Source: Verrucomicrobiales bacterium
GTDB taxonomy: Bacteria > Verrucomicrobiota > Verrucomicrobiia > Limisphaerales > UBA1100
Assembly (NCBI GenBank): GCA_038139415.1
Contig: JAYOSV010000001.1
Span: 187,225 to 251,224 of the forward strand
Direction: 5' to 3'
Length of the DNA: 64,000 nucleotides
Below the pieces are notes generated by a model. It did no database searches. It worked only from the letters and a program-made list of their open reading frames with translations, and was not told where the DNA came from. Position 1 is the stretch's first letter, and each line of letters starts with the position of its first letter. Shown one piece after another: positions 39,332 to 48,482 of the stretch. Made by a program: the position numbers and the translations under genes.

Positions 39332-40698
39332 TGGATGCCGGCGAGATCATGGTGATTTTGGGTCTTTGCTTGGCGGTTGCGTTCCTTGTGTTGCTGAACG
39401 GATTCTTTGTGGCGGCGGAATTTGCGCTGGTGAAGGTGCGTGATACCCAGCTGCAACCGATGGCGTCCAAAGGGCATCGGCGCGCAAAAATGGCCCGGCA
39501 TTTATTAGCCAACCTCGATGCGTATCTGAGCGCCTGTCAGCTGGGCATTACCATTGCCAGCTTAGCCTTGGGGTATGTGGGGCATCCGATTTTCGAAAAA
39601 CTTTTGGAACCGGTTTATGACCTCAAGATTAATGGTGCCGTCCTGTTGGATAGTGATCATTGGCGGCATACCATTTCGTATGGGGTCGGTTTTGGGGTCA
39701 TTACAATTCTGCATATTGTAGTCGGTGAGATGGCGCCTAAATGGGTAGCGATTCAGCGCTCCCTGCAGACCTCATTATGGATTGCCTATCCGCTCCGGTG
39801 GTTCTACTGGACAATGTATCCATTTATTTGGTTGCTGAACAACTGGGCGTTGTGGTTGCTCAAAAAGGTGGGGCTGGGTGAGGCGGAAGAGCATGGTCAT
39901 ACCCACTCGGAAGAGGAATTAAGAATGATGATCGGTGCGGCGGGCGATGGGTCAGATAAGGATCAGTTTCGCAGGGGCTTGGTGTTGAATGCGTTTGACC
40001 TCAAGAACCGGGTTGCGCGTGATGTGATGCGACCACGTCGTGAGATCGAGGGATTTGACACCGAGGCAAGTATTGAGGATTGCCTTGAGTTGGCTGAGCG
40101 CACACGCCATTCAAGGTTCCCCTTGTGCACGAGAGGCAATATTGATGAAACGGTAGGCGTGGTGCACATTAAGGATTTGTATGCGCAGCGGCGCACGGCA
40201 AAAACGGCCGCCGAACTGGAGCCGTTATCCCGCGATCTCGTGTATGCCCCGGAAACCGCTCGGCTGGAAGGGTTGATTCAGATTTTTCTCGAGCGCAAAC
40301 TGCACTTCGCTCTAGTCGTTAATGAGTACGGCGATACGGTGGGTATGGTGACGCTGGAAAATATTTTGGAGGAATTGGTCGGGCAGATTCAGGACGAGTT
40401 TGACCATGAGCAGCCAATGTTTGAAAAGCTGGACGAGGTCAACTGGTCCATTCAGGGCACCATGCCGTTGCACGAATTGGCCGAGTTAATCAAAGAAGAT
40501 TGCGATGAGAAGGGCGTTACCACCGTGAGTGGCCTGATCACTAAGCGGCTGGGATCCTTTCCCAAGGTCGGAGATGTGCTGGAGTTGGGTCGGTACGAAT
40601 TGCGCGTGGAACAAACATTCCGGTTGCAGGTGGAACAGGCGCGTTTGACACAGCTCAGCGATCGTGAGCCAAGCGACGAGGCTCCGGCCGAAGACTAA
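39331..40698 (+). CDS. CNNM/CorB (TlyC/MpfA-like) protein 3
   Basis: NGFFVAAEFALV, QLGITIASL, GEMAPK, HSRFP and LENILEELVGQIQDEFD. Confidence 0.92.
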   Translation: MDAGEIMVILGLCLAVAFLVLLNGFFVAAEFALVKVRDTQLQPMASKGHRRAKMARHLLANLDAYLSACQLGITIASLALGYVGHPIFEKLLEPVYDLKINGAVLLDSDHWRHTISYGVGFGVITILHIVVGEMAPKWVAIQRSLQTSLWIAYPLRWFYWTMYPFIWLLNNWALWLLKKVGLGEAEEHGHTHSEEELRMMIGAAGDGSDKDQFRRGLVLNAFDLKNRVARDVMRPRREIEGFDTEASIEDCLELAERTRHSRFPLCTRGNIDETVGVVHIKDLYAQRRTAKTAAELEPLSRDLVYAPETARLEGLIQIFLERKLHFALVVNEYGDTVGMVTLENILEELVGQIQDEFDHEQPMFEKLDEVNWSIQGTMPLHELAELIKEDCDEKGVTTVSGLITKRLGSFPKVGDVLELGRYELRVEQTFRLQVEQARLTQLSDREPSDEAPAED

Positions 40699-41576
40699 GC
40701 CCAGCTCGGAATTTCGGGAAGATACCCTTCGAACTCATCTACCAACCGCTGCTGGTAATCGCCCACAAATGTACCTGCAAAAAACTTTTCCAAGGCCTCG
40801 TTATGGAGGCGTTCCCAGCAGGCTTCCTCATTGCCTGGATTGATGGGAAAAAATAATGCTCCATTGGCGGCGGCGGCTTTGTGGTCGCCGGGCGCGTCAC
40901 CGATCATCAATACTTTGTTGGTCGCGTATTTTTCCTTGGCGGCAAAGGCGAGGTGTTCGGTTTTGGTGCCCATCTCTTGACCGGCAATGATCTGTACGAA
41001 TTGGCGGATGTCATTTTCATCCCATTCCCGCTCGAGGGCGTCCACTGGCGTTTGCGAGATTACCATGCAATCGGCCTGCGCGTTGGCTTGAGTGAGCGTT
41101 TCGCGTACGAGCGGAAAGGGCGGCACGCCGTGTGCGATGTCCTTGACGGTAACATTCACCGCATCGCTCCAGGTCTTGATCGGGACGAGGGCTTCATTGC
41201 CTCCGGCCACTTCAGCGTCCAGCGTGACGTTGCCGAGTTTGCTTTCGCGCTCCACCCATTCGAGCAGGGCAGGGTAACTGGGAACCTCCACGCCGCGCGT
41301 CTGGACTTCCTTGCGGACCCGCAACAAATCAAGCGCGCGAATGACGGCGTGAAATCGGTTGCAGCCACGGGTTTTGGAGTAGAGGTTTACAAAGGTCCAC
41401 ACTTCGCGAGCGTATTTGCTGACCGCCTGCAGCGCGTAGTGCTTGATGAACATCGGGGCGAAACATTCCTGATGTTTGATTTCCATGGAATCAAACACGC
41501 AGCCATCCGAATCAATGCCGACGAAGAATTCCTTGGACGGCGTGAATTCGCGTAATACCTGTGCGGGATCGCTCAT
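40695..41576 (-). CDS. HAD-superfamily hydrolase
   Basis: GIDSDGCVFDS motif I and MIGDAPGD motif IV. Confidence 0.85.
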   Translation of the reverse strand: MSDPAQVLREFTPSKEFFVGIDSDGCVFDSMEIKHQECFAPMFIKHYALQAVSKYAREVWTFVNLYSKTRGCNRFHAVIRALDLLRVRKEVQTRGVEVPSYPALLEWVERESKLGNVTLDAEVAGGNEALVPIKTWSDAVNVTVKDIAHGVPPFPLVRETLTQANAQADCMVISQTPVDALEREWDENDIRQFVQIIAGQEMGTKTEHLAFAAKEKYATNKVLMIGDAPGDHKAAAANGALFFPINPGNEEACWERLHNEALEKFFAGTFVGDYQQRLVDEFEGYLPEIPSWA

Positions 41577-41578
41577 GG

Positions 41579-43033
41579 CTAGGCGTTATAGGTGGTGGAA
41601 GACACGTCTCCGCCACGGCCAGTCCAGTTAGTGTGGAAGAATTGGCCACGCGGTTGGTCAATGCGTTCGTAGGTGTGCGCGCCGAAATAATCCCTCTGCG
41701 CTTGGAGCAAATTGGCGGGTAACTGCTCGGTGCGGTAGCTGTCAAAAAACGCCAACGCCGTGCTAAAAGCGGGCACGGGGATACCGCGTTTAGCAGCCAC
41801 GGCGACGACATTGCGCCAGCCCTTTTGGCTGTGGCGAATAGCACGTTTGAAGAAGGTGTCGAGCAACAAATTTTGAAGGCGTGGGTGTTTGTCGTAGGCG
41901 TCCTTAATTTTACCGAGGAATGCGCTGCGGATGATGCAGCCGCCGCGCCACATGAGGGCGATGTTGCCGTAGTTAAGTTTCCAGTCGTACTCCTTGGCGG
42001 CTGCGCGCATGAGCATGAAGCCTTGAGCGTAGCTGACGATCTTGGAGGCGTACAAAGCGCAGCGGATGTCCTCGATAAACTTCTCCCTGTCGCGAGTGAT
42101 GGCGGGCTTGGGGCCTCGCAGCTTGGTGGACGCCTTAATGCGATCGTCCTTGAGCGCGGAAATGCATCGGGAAAATACGGCTTCGGCAATCAAGGTTGTG
42201 GGCATACCGAGTTCAGCGGAATTGATGACGGTCCATTTTCCGGTGCCTTTTTGGCCAGCGGTATCGAGGATTTTTTCGACGAGCGGTTCGCCGTTTTCAT
42301 CCTTGTAGCTGAGGATGTCGCGGGTGATTTCGATCAGGTAGGAGTCGAGGTCACCTTCGTTCCATTCCTTGAACACGGCGTGCATTTCATCGGCGTTCAT
42401 GCCGAGGCCGTTTTTCATGAGATTGTAGGCTTCGCAGATCAACTGCATGTCGCCGTACTCAATACCGTTGTGCACCATTTTGACATAATGCCCGGAGCCA
42501 TTGGCGCCCACCCAATCACAGCAGGGAGCTCCATCCTCAACTTTGGCGGAGATAGCTTGGAAAATATCTTTCACATAAGGCCAGGCTGCTTCGGAACCGC
42601 CGGGCATGATGGAGGGGCCAGTGCGGGCGCCTTCTTCTCCGCCGGAAACGCCGGTGCCGATGAAATGAAGGCCGCGCGATTCCACATATTTGGTGCGGCG
42701 TATGCTGTCTTCGTATAGGGAGTTTCCCCCATCAATGATGATATCGCCGGGCTCAAGGTGAGGGAGGAGCTGATCAATGAAGTCATCCACCGGTTTGCCG
42801 GCTTTCACGAGCATCATCACGCGGCGTGGTCGCTTGAGGTTGGCAACCATCTCGGGAATGGAACGGGCCCCGATAATTTTTGTGCCGGCCGCTTCGTCGG
42901 CCATGAATTCATCCACCTTGGAGGCGGTACGGTTGTATGCCACGACGGTGAAGCCGTGGTCGTTCATGTTTAAAATCAAATTCCGGCCCATAACGGCCAG
43001 ACCAATGAGAGCGATATCGCCTTGAGGTTCCAT
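41579..43033 (-). CDS. gnd: 6-phosphogluconate dehydrogenase, decarboxylating (NADP+)
   Basis: GLAVMG, YNRT, KMVHNGIEY, GQKGTGKW and QRDYFGAHTY. Confidence 0.97.
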   Translation of the reverse strand: MEPQGDIALIGLAVMGRNLILNMNDHGFTVVAYNRTASKVDEFMADEAAGTKIIGARSIPEMVANLKRPRRVMMLVKAGKPVDDFIDQLLPHLEPGDIIIDGGNSLYEDSIRRTKYVESRGLHFIGTGVSGGEEGARTGPSIMPGGSEAAWPYVKDIFQAISAKVEDGAPCCDWVGANGSGHYVKMVHNGIEYGDMQLICEAYNLMKNGLGMNADEMHAVFKEWNEGDLDSYLIEITRDILSYKDENGEPLVEKILDTAGQKGTGKWTVINSAELGMPTTLIAEAVFSRCISALKDDRIKASTKLRGPKPAITRDREKFIEDIRCALYASKIVSYAQGFMLMRAAAKEYDWKLNYGNIALMWRGGCIIRSAFLGKIKDAYDKHPRLQNLLLDTFFKRAIRHSQKGWRNVVAVAAKRGIPVPAFSTALAFFDSYRTEQLPANLLQAQRDYFGAHTYERIDQPRGQFFHTNWTGRGGDVSSTTYNA

Positions 43034-43126
43034 TTGCTAATTATCCCTACCGGAAGGCGCGATAGAATACCGATGAAGAGGGCGGATAAAAGCCCTTTTT
43101 TTCAAAAAAATGGCCGAAACGGGCCT

Positions 43127-43624
43127 TTAGATGAATTGAAGACGCTCGTCCGAGTCCAACGCCGCCTCCAGATTATTCCAGCCGGCGTCGTTCATACTGT
43201 GGAATGCGTGCAGGTAAAGAATCACGATTTCCTTGTCGTGCTGGGCTAAGAGACCGCTGATGGCGGCTTCCAAGGCTTCGTCCGTAATGACTTTGGGCAG
43301 ATCTTCCACTACGCCATCTTCGTGTTCGATTTTCAAGGCATCGAGAAACTGAGTCAGCATGTCTTGTTGGTGCTTAATCAGCCAACCGCGCAAGAGTTGG
43401 GAGGCCACTTCTTCGAAAGCCGGGCGCTTCAGTGATTCGATCATCAACTTATGGCGGTTGGGCTTGGGTTGGCTTTTCAGAAATTGCGGCCGCATTCGGC
43501 GGAGCTTGGCCACGCCGGCGAGGGTGGCGTCATACACCTCGCGGTTATCCTCGGCCGAGTCAGACAAGATACGGTTGCTTAAGTCGGCGGTGATATATCC
43601 GAGCAGTTCAAATGAATTCAGCAT
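43127..43624 (-). CDS. Hypothetical protein
   Basis: 165-aa ORF starting 6 nt after lpxI, with protein-like composition (FLDALKIEHEDG). Confidence 0.75.
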   Translation of the reverse strand: MLNSFELLGYITADLSNRILSDSAEDNREVYDATLAGVAKLRRMRPQFLKSQPKPNRHKLMIESLKRPAFEEVASQLLRGWLIKHQQDMLTQFLDALKIEHEDGVVEDLPKVITDEALEAAISGLLAQHDKEIVILYLHAFHSMNDAGWNNLEAALDSDERLQFI

Positions 43625-43630
43625 GATGTG

Positions 43631-44449
43631 TCAAACAGCGGTTACGGTGATCTGATAGCGTTGAGCGAGAGCCTCCACAGCCTCGCGATCCAGTAACAAT
43701 GTACGGCCGGCTTCAAAGGCTATGACCTGAATGCCAACGGAGGCGCAGACTTCCAGAGTCTGTTCTCCGAGACAAGGAATATCGAAGCGCAAATCGTGGT
43801 TCTCTTTGGCCACTTTCACCGCTACCGCACCTCCCTTTTTACCTGCCAATTGACCTCCACGACGAAGGCATTGGTCTGTGCCCTCAAACCCTTCTACGGC
43901 TAGAACTGTTCCCTCCTTGACGACGACTAACTGACCTATCTCCATTTTACTTGTCTCTTTTGCAATAGACAAACCGTATTCAATATCTGACTGCTGGATG
44001 GTATTAAGTTCTGGTCCTAGCTTAAAACCTTTTTGTGGCATGACAGACTGTAGCCAGGGTGTTGCCTTTATAAGAGTTAAACCGTCTTTAGATAGTTCTT
44101 CAGCAACTCCACCAAAAATTGAATGGGCATTTTTTTTTCTAAGTGAAGACAACAGTTTGAGCGCACGTAAATCGGGCCTTAGATCAAAAAGATTTTTCGG
44201 AGCGATTCGCCCAGCCATAACGTATTGTGTAACTCCATGCCTTTTGAACATTTCTACTAATCTACCGAGTTGGCCCACGTGGAACCATTCTATCTCGTCA
44301 ACCAGATTCTCCAAATTGGGATCCGTCTCTTTCTCTATGGCGGCGGCCACCAATCGCTGAACACCGGCTTTTCGTGCTTCGCCGGCCAGAATTAGCGGTA
44401 GAGACAGAGCACCAGCAATAAGCCCTAAAGTTTTTGGATCATTGCGCAC
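43631..44449 (-). CDS. lpxI: UDP-2,3-diacylglucosamine diphosphatase LpxI
   Basis: GLIAG..LP, EIGQLVVV, AVEGFEGTD, DLRFDIP and EAGRTL. Confidence 0.9.
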   Translation of the reverse strand: MRNDPKTLGLIAGALSLPLILAGEARKAGVQRLVAAAIEKETDPNLENLVDEIEWFHVGQLGRLVEMFKRHGVTQYVMAGRIAPKNLFDLRPDLRALKLLSSLRKKNAHSIFGGVAEELSKDGLTLIKATPWLQSVMPQKGFKLGPELNTIQQSDIEYGLSIAKETSKMEIGQLVVVKEGTVLAVEGFEGTDQCLRRGGQLAGKKGGAVAVKVAKENHDLRFDIPCLGEQTLEVCASVGIQVIAFEAGRTLLLDREAVEALAQRYQITVTAV

Positions 44450-44489
44450 GACGGACGTTTACCTCAATGAAACGATTTCACCAAGGCAC

Positions 44490-44515
44490 AAAAAAAGGCC
44501 CCTCTGCGGGGCCTT
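44490..44515 (-). terminator. Intrinsic terminator of the hypothetical gene pair
   Basis: AAGGCCCC-tctgc-GGGGCCTT, with an A-run on the left giving a U-tract on the minus strand. Confidence 0.75.
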
Positions 44516-44530
44516 GAAAATGTGGGGAGG

Positions 44531-45391
44531 TTAGTCCTTTTTCAAATTAATCGAATTCACTTTGTTCATAAAAATTCCAATCGCTCGGCGCAACTCTTTT
44601 TCACTGGGACTCAAATCTTCACGCTTCTCATTGGCTAAAGGCTTCAACAGCGCGTTGGCGGCTTGAAGACGAGCTAGGAATCGGTCCGATTGGTCCTGAA
44701 GGGACCCATAATTTTCAATGGGCGTTGTCCTCATGAAAACGGCGATTTCTTCGGTCAATTCTTCGTCCAGTTTTTCCAGAGCTGTATTGTCATCAGTGGC
44801 TTCACTGAATTCTTTAATTTGGTCCTCATGGCTTTCGATGAAAGCATCAAAGGTAGAACCAAGTTCGTCACTTGTGGCGATGCAATATTGCTTAATCCAG
44901 AGATTAACCTTCTCTTGCAATTCTTCACTATGCTTCGGAATTTGAGTATGAATCCAACCTGGCAGATTACTTAGGCTGTCAGCCATCAATTCAGAAGAAT
45001 ATTCTGTAATCAGCAGTTCTTGGGTATTCAGTTCATGAACAATTCTACTGGCAAGGCGAGAGGCAGTATTGGTTTCATTCTCAGATCCATTGATGATGGC
45101 CAATGTAGCTCTCACTTTGGAGAGTTCATTTGAGTAGGTGCCCACTTCTGGAAGTTTTTGAGCCATTTCATTAACCTTATCGAAATCGTCGCGATACGCA
45201 TCCACGATCTCGGGGATTGCCGTTAAACCTTCCTCAATTTTATTATTTAAAAATGAGAAATAGGTGATTTCGACGACGAGAATAGCAGCCGCCGCAATAG
45301 CGGTTAATTTAAATGATTTCTGCAAACGCAGTACAGTTTCACTAACGTACTGTTCGGCCAAAGCTTTGTTGGATGATTCGGAGTTGTTCAT
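44531..45391 (-). CDS. Hypothetical protein, single N-terminal TM plus acidic alpha-helical body
   Basis: 286-aa ORF with TM at about aa 29-47, followed by a terminator. Confidence 0.8.
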   Translation of the reverse strand: MNNSESSNKALAEQYVSETVLRLQKSFKLTAIAAAAILVVEITYFSFLNNKIEEGLTAIPEIVDAYRDDFDKVNEMAQKLPEVGTYSNELSKVRATLAIINGSENETNTASRLASRIVHELNTQELLITEYSSELMADSLSNLPGWIHTQIPKHSEELQEKVNLWIKQYCIATSDELGSTFDAFIESHEDQIKEFSEATDDNTALEKLDEELTEEIAVFMRTTPIENYGSLQDQSDRFLARLQAANALLKPLANEKREDLSPSEKELRRAIGIFMNKVNSINLKKD

Positions 45392-45413
45392 GATAATTTC
45401 CAGTACGGTTCAA

Positions 45414-46334
45414 TTAGTTGTTTTCACCGGCATCTTCAGGGTTAGAGGATGGTATTTCAGTTTCAAATTCCTGTTTTGCGATATTCAAAATGGCAGTCAA
45501 TAGTGCTAAGCTGGTTTGAATATCACCCACCTGACCCTCTGCAGTGGCTCCATTGGGCAGTTCGGCTTGCGATATTTTTTCCAATGAATCACTGATTGCT
45601 CCCAATTCTGAGATGTGTTCTTTGAATAAGGATAGAAAAATACGCTCTCCATGTTCACCAGATAGGGTGGATAGTTGGCTTAATACAGCAGCCTGCTTTT
45701 CCTTGGTGAGATTGGGAAATTTTTCCCGAAGTGAATCTTCTCGTGAATTGATGGTCTCCACCAAGGTAGCATTCAATGCTTCTGTAATCTGATCGGGGAT
45801 GCTGTTGGTTAGTGTGTGCAATTCATTGCTGGCACTAACCATGATGGCGTCGGATTCGGAGGCAATTTCGGAAAATTTATCTGTCGCTTGTTGCTGTAGA
45901 TTTACCCAAACATGATTGGCAAAATCTTCAGCGGTCGGCTTGATTCTGGCCTCATATTCCAATTTGAAATCTTCACGCAACTGGCTGGCTTTGCCCGTTT
46001 CACCAGGGTTGATGAGTTCTGAAATGATTCCGTAAGCCTTTTCCACATCAGGGGCTATGTCTGTATATACGCCCTGAGCTTCCTCGATTTTTCCCTGTAC
46101 TCCTTCGTAGGTTTCCTTGGCCTCATTGTATACTTCCACGGCGGGTTCAGCGGCCTTTTTGGTGGTGTTCCAGATGGAGAGGACGCCGAGGGCCATGACG
46201 GCTAGGACGCCTACAAAAAGGCCCCTGCGGAGGAGTTTAAGTTTTTGTTCGAGCTCTCGGATCAAACCGAGTTGATCTTCGACCTGTGAAGCCGAATCAT
46301 TCGGGTTATTTTCAGGGGATTCTGGTTCAGACAT
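45414..46334 (-). CDS. Hypothetical protein, single N-terminal TM plus acidic alpha-helical body
   Basis: 306-aa ORF with TM GLFVGVLAVMALGVLSIW; minus-strand TTGACA at 46401-46406 upstream. Confidence 0.8.
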   Translation of the reverse strand: MSEPESPENNPNDSASQVEDQLGLIRELEQKLKLLRRGLFVGVLAVMALGVLSIWNTTKKAAEPAVEVYNEAKETYEGVQGKIEEAQGVYTDIAPDVEKAYGIISELINPGETGKASQLREDFKLEYEARIKPTAEDFANHVWVNLQQQATDKFSEIASESDAIMVSASNELHTLTNSIPDQITEALNATLVETINSREDSLREKFPNLTKEKQAAVLSQLSTLSGEHGERIFLSLFKEHISELGAISDSLEKISQAELPNGATAEGQVGDIQTSLALLTAILNIAKQEFETEIPSSNPEDAGENN

Positions 46335-46473
46335 AGAATTAGCGTGGTTGAGTTGTGACAGTTGGGGTCAGCGGGACGATCTTCATTGCTCTGAAATTCA
46401 TGTCAATAACGAATTTTATTAGTCGTTTCAGCAGAGGGTTGACAGGCCTTGCTTGTGGGCGAATGATTCTCTT

Positions 46474-46905
46474 GTGAGTGCAACCGTGTATCCCCGCAGT
46501 CCGAGGGAGAAAATGGCTGGCTGGGCTTATCTGCCCCGTTTTATTGATAAAATTCGTCTATCTGAAGCCGGACAGCTTCATGAGGACTATCAGCCGAACT
46601 TTCTCCATAAGGGCTTTGATGCCAAATGGTTGGAGAAATCCGGGCTGGAGGCGGATGAATTTGTGGACGTGGTGAAGGCGGCTGCCACGGATGGGCAGGT
46701 GTGTGATTGGATCCGCGAAAATGTGGAGGCGGATGATTCCACCAAGGAATTGTTTAATGACGCCGTGCTAAATTATGGCGCGGATGAAACCAATTCAGAA
46801 TTACGCGAGCGATTGGCGACACGTAAAGCGGAGGCCGGGATGGGCGATCGGGATGATATCCAGTGTTTTGTGGATTTCATCGATGCCGATGAAGGGCGTC
46901 TGTAG
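46474..46905 (+). CDS. DUF5069-like protein
   Basis: PRSPREKMAGWAYLPRFIDKIR..D..W and FIDADEGR; GTG start after TTGACA-17 nt-AATGAT. Confidence 0.75.
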   Translation: MSATVYPRSPREKMAGWAYLPRFIDKIRLSEAGQLHEDYQPNFLHKGFDAKWLEKSGLEADEFVDVVKAAATDGQVCDWIRENVEADDSTKELFNDAVLNYGADETNSELRERLATRKAEAGMGDRDDIQCFVDFIDADEGRL

Positions 46906-46917
46906 TTTGGCCAGATC

Positions 46918-46946
46918 GGGGCGAATTTCTCTTCGCCTTTATTTTT
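46918..46946 (+). terminator. Terminator after the DUF5069-like gene
   Basis: GGCGAA-tttctc-TTCGCC followed by TTTATTTTT. Confidence 0.55.
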
Positions 46947-46957
46947 GATTCTCTAAC

Positions 46958-46999
46958 AAAAAAGAAAGGGACGAGTTGAAACTCGTCCCTTCCTGTTTT
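46958..46999. terminator. Likely bidirectional terminator between convergent genes
   Basis: 11-bp stem AAGGGACGAGT-tgaa-ACTCGTCCCTT with A-rich left and T-rich right flanks. Confidence 0.75.
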
Positions 47000-47018
47000 G
47001 GATTAAAGCGAACCGGCG

Positions 47019-48464
47019 CTACAGCTTGATCTCCGGCACCACGAACGGTTTGCGGTATTCGCGGGTGAGCAGCTTATTGGCAGCTGCGTGTCCGTTGAAG
47101 GTCTCGGCTTTGGTGTCCATGGCGAGAGCCGGCCCGAGGGTGAGCGGGGTGGCTTTGAGGTCCACTTCATTTGCCACGGCGAGGTGATCAATCATGCGAT
47201 CGACGGCCTCCAAGGCGCTGTCATCCTTTTTCACCACATCGCGAATATCCTCCACGCTGGTGTCTTTGCCAACGCGATGGCTGATGTTGCCGGTGTGGCA
47301 GAGGGCACTGGAGAGGTGGCCTTCGAGGATATCGGCATTGAGATCCTTCGGGTTCCGGCTGCGGACAGCCTGGATGAAGTTACCAAAGTGATCGCCGCCG
47401 CCCTTGAATTCCTTGATCAGCTTGTTGTCATTATCGTAGGCCTGAACGGCGCCATAGCTGCGAACGGCTACCCAACCTTTTTCGCATTCCACGAATACCG
47501 CAACGCTGCCGCCGCGGTAGGTGGGTCGGGAACCGGAGCCTTTCTTCACGCCCAGACCACGCACCTCAAAGATCAGCGGGGCAGTTTCGTAGTCATGATA
47601 AATGACCTGCGTGTTGGCGGATTCGCCATCATCCTCGTATCCGAGTCGGCCGCCGACGCTCCAGACACGAGGGGAGAGTTCCATGTCGCCGAGGAACCAG
47701 CGGGCGATGTCCATTTGGTGGATGCCCTGGTTTCCGAGATCGCCATTACCGTAATCCCACATCCAGTGCCAGTCGTAATGCAGGCGTTCACGGGTGAGAG
47801 GTTTCTTGGGGGCCGGGCCGAGCCAGAGATCGTAATCCACCTCGCGCGGCACATCCTTGGTATTCGGGATATCACCGATGCTGCCGCGGCGCTTGTAGCA
47901 GAGGCCTCGGGAAACCTTGATCTTGCCGAGGTTGCCAGCCTGCACCCATTGCACGGCATCCTGAATGCACTTGGAGCTGCGAGCTTGTGTGCCGGTTTGG
48001 ACAATCTTTTTGTACTTCCGGGCGGCGTTCACCAGCTGGCGGCCTTCCCACACGTTGTGGCTCACGGGCTTCTCCACGTAAACATCCTTGCCGGCCTGGA
48101 CAGCCCAGATGGCGGCGAGGCTGTGCCAGTGATTCGGGGTAGCCACAGTTACCACGTCGAGTTCCTCCTTTTCGAGCATCACGCGGATGTCCTGATAGCC
48201 GGCGACTTTGTGTTTGGCTGCGCCGGCTTCGAGCACCTTTTTGTCGACATCACACAGGGCGGTGAGCTTCACGCCCTGCTCCCGCTGTTGCATGCCCTTG
48301 ATGGAACTAATGTGGCTGTTGCCGCGGCCACGAAAGCCGATGGTGGCGCAGCGCAGCGTTTCGTTGGCGCCCTTCACCTGCGCCCAGCTCTTGGCGGTCC
48401 AGGCCACCGTGGTGCCGGCGTATAGGGAGGTTTTGAGAAAGTTACGACGTGTTTGTTTGTTCAT
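47019..48464 (-). CDS. Tat-exported Gfo/Idh/MocA oxidoreductase
   Basis: TRRNFLK twin-arginine signal, ATPNHWH, YVEKP and GDLGNQGIHQMD. Confidence 0.92.
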   Translation of the reverse strand: MNKQTRRNFLKTSLYAGTTVAWTAKSWAQVKGANETLRCATIGFRGRGNSHISSIKGMQQREQGVKLTALCDVDKKVLEAGAAKHKVAGYQDIRVMLEKEELDVVTVATPNHWHSLAAIWAVQAGKDVYVEKPVSHNVWEGRQLVNAARKYKKIVQTGTQARSSKCIQDAVQWVQAGNLGKIKVSRGLCYKRRGSIGDIPNTKDVPREVDYDLWLGPAPKKPLTRERLHYDWHWMWDYGNGDLGNQGIHQMDIARWFLGDMELSPRVWSVGGRLGYEDDGESANTQVIYHDYETAPLIFEVRGLGVKKGSGSRPTYRGGSVAVFVECEKGWVAVRSYGAVQAYDNDNKLIKEFKGGGDHFGNFIQAVRSRNPKDLNADILEGHLSSALCHTGNISHRVGKDTSVEDIRDVVKKDDSALEAVDRMIDHLAVANEVDLKATPLTLGPALAMDTKAETFNGHAAANKLLTREYRKPFVVPEIKL

Positions 48465-48482
48465 AATGAATGTGGTTTGAGG

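Noticed and set aside
37074..40698. 'Hemolysin' toxin cluster
   Set aside because: The motifs are those of CNNM/CorB Mg2+ transporters; the hemolysin name is historical
41825..42718. 297-aa plus-strand ORF
   Set aside because: Antisense to gnd, a common artefact for dehydrogenase genes
44130..44138. A9 run on the lpxI coding strand as a phase-variation site (also A8 runs in mraY and ftsW)
   Set aside because: In-frame Lys codons in intact, likely essential genes; no sign of frameshift
47088..48425. 445-aa plus-strand ORF
   Set aside because: Antisense shadow of the Tat oxidoreductase; it has no motifs and is explained by GC-rich codon bias
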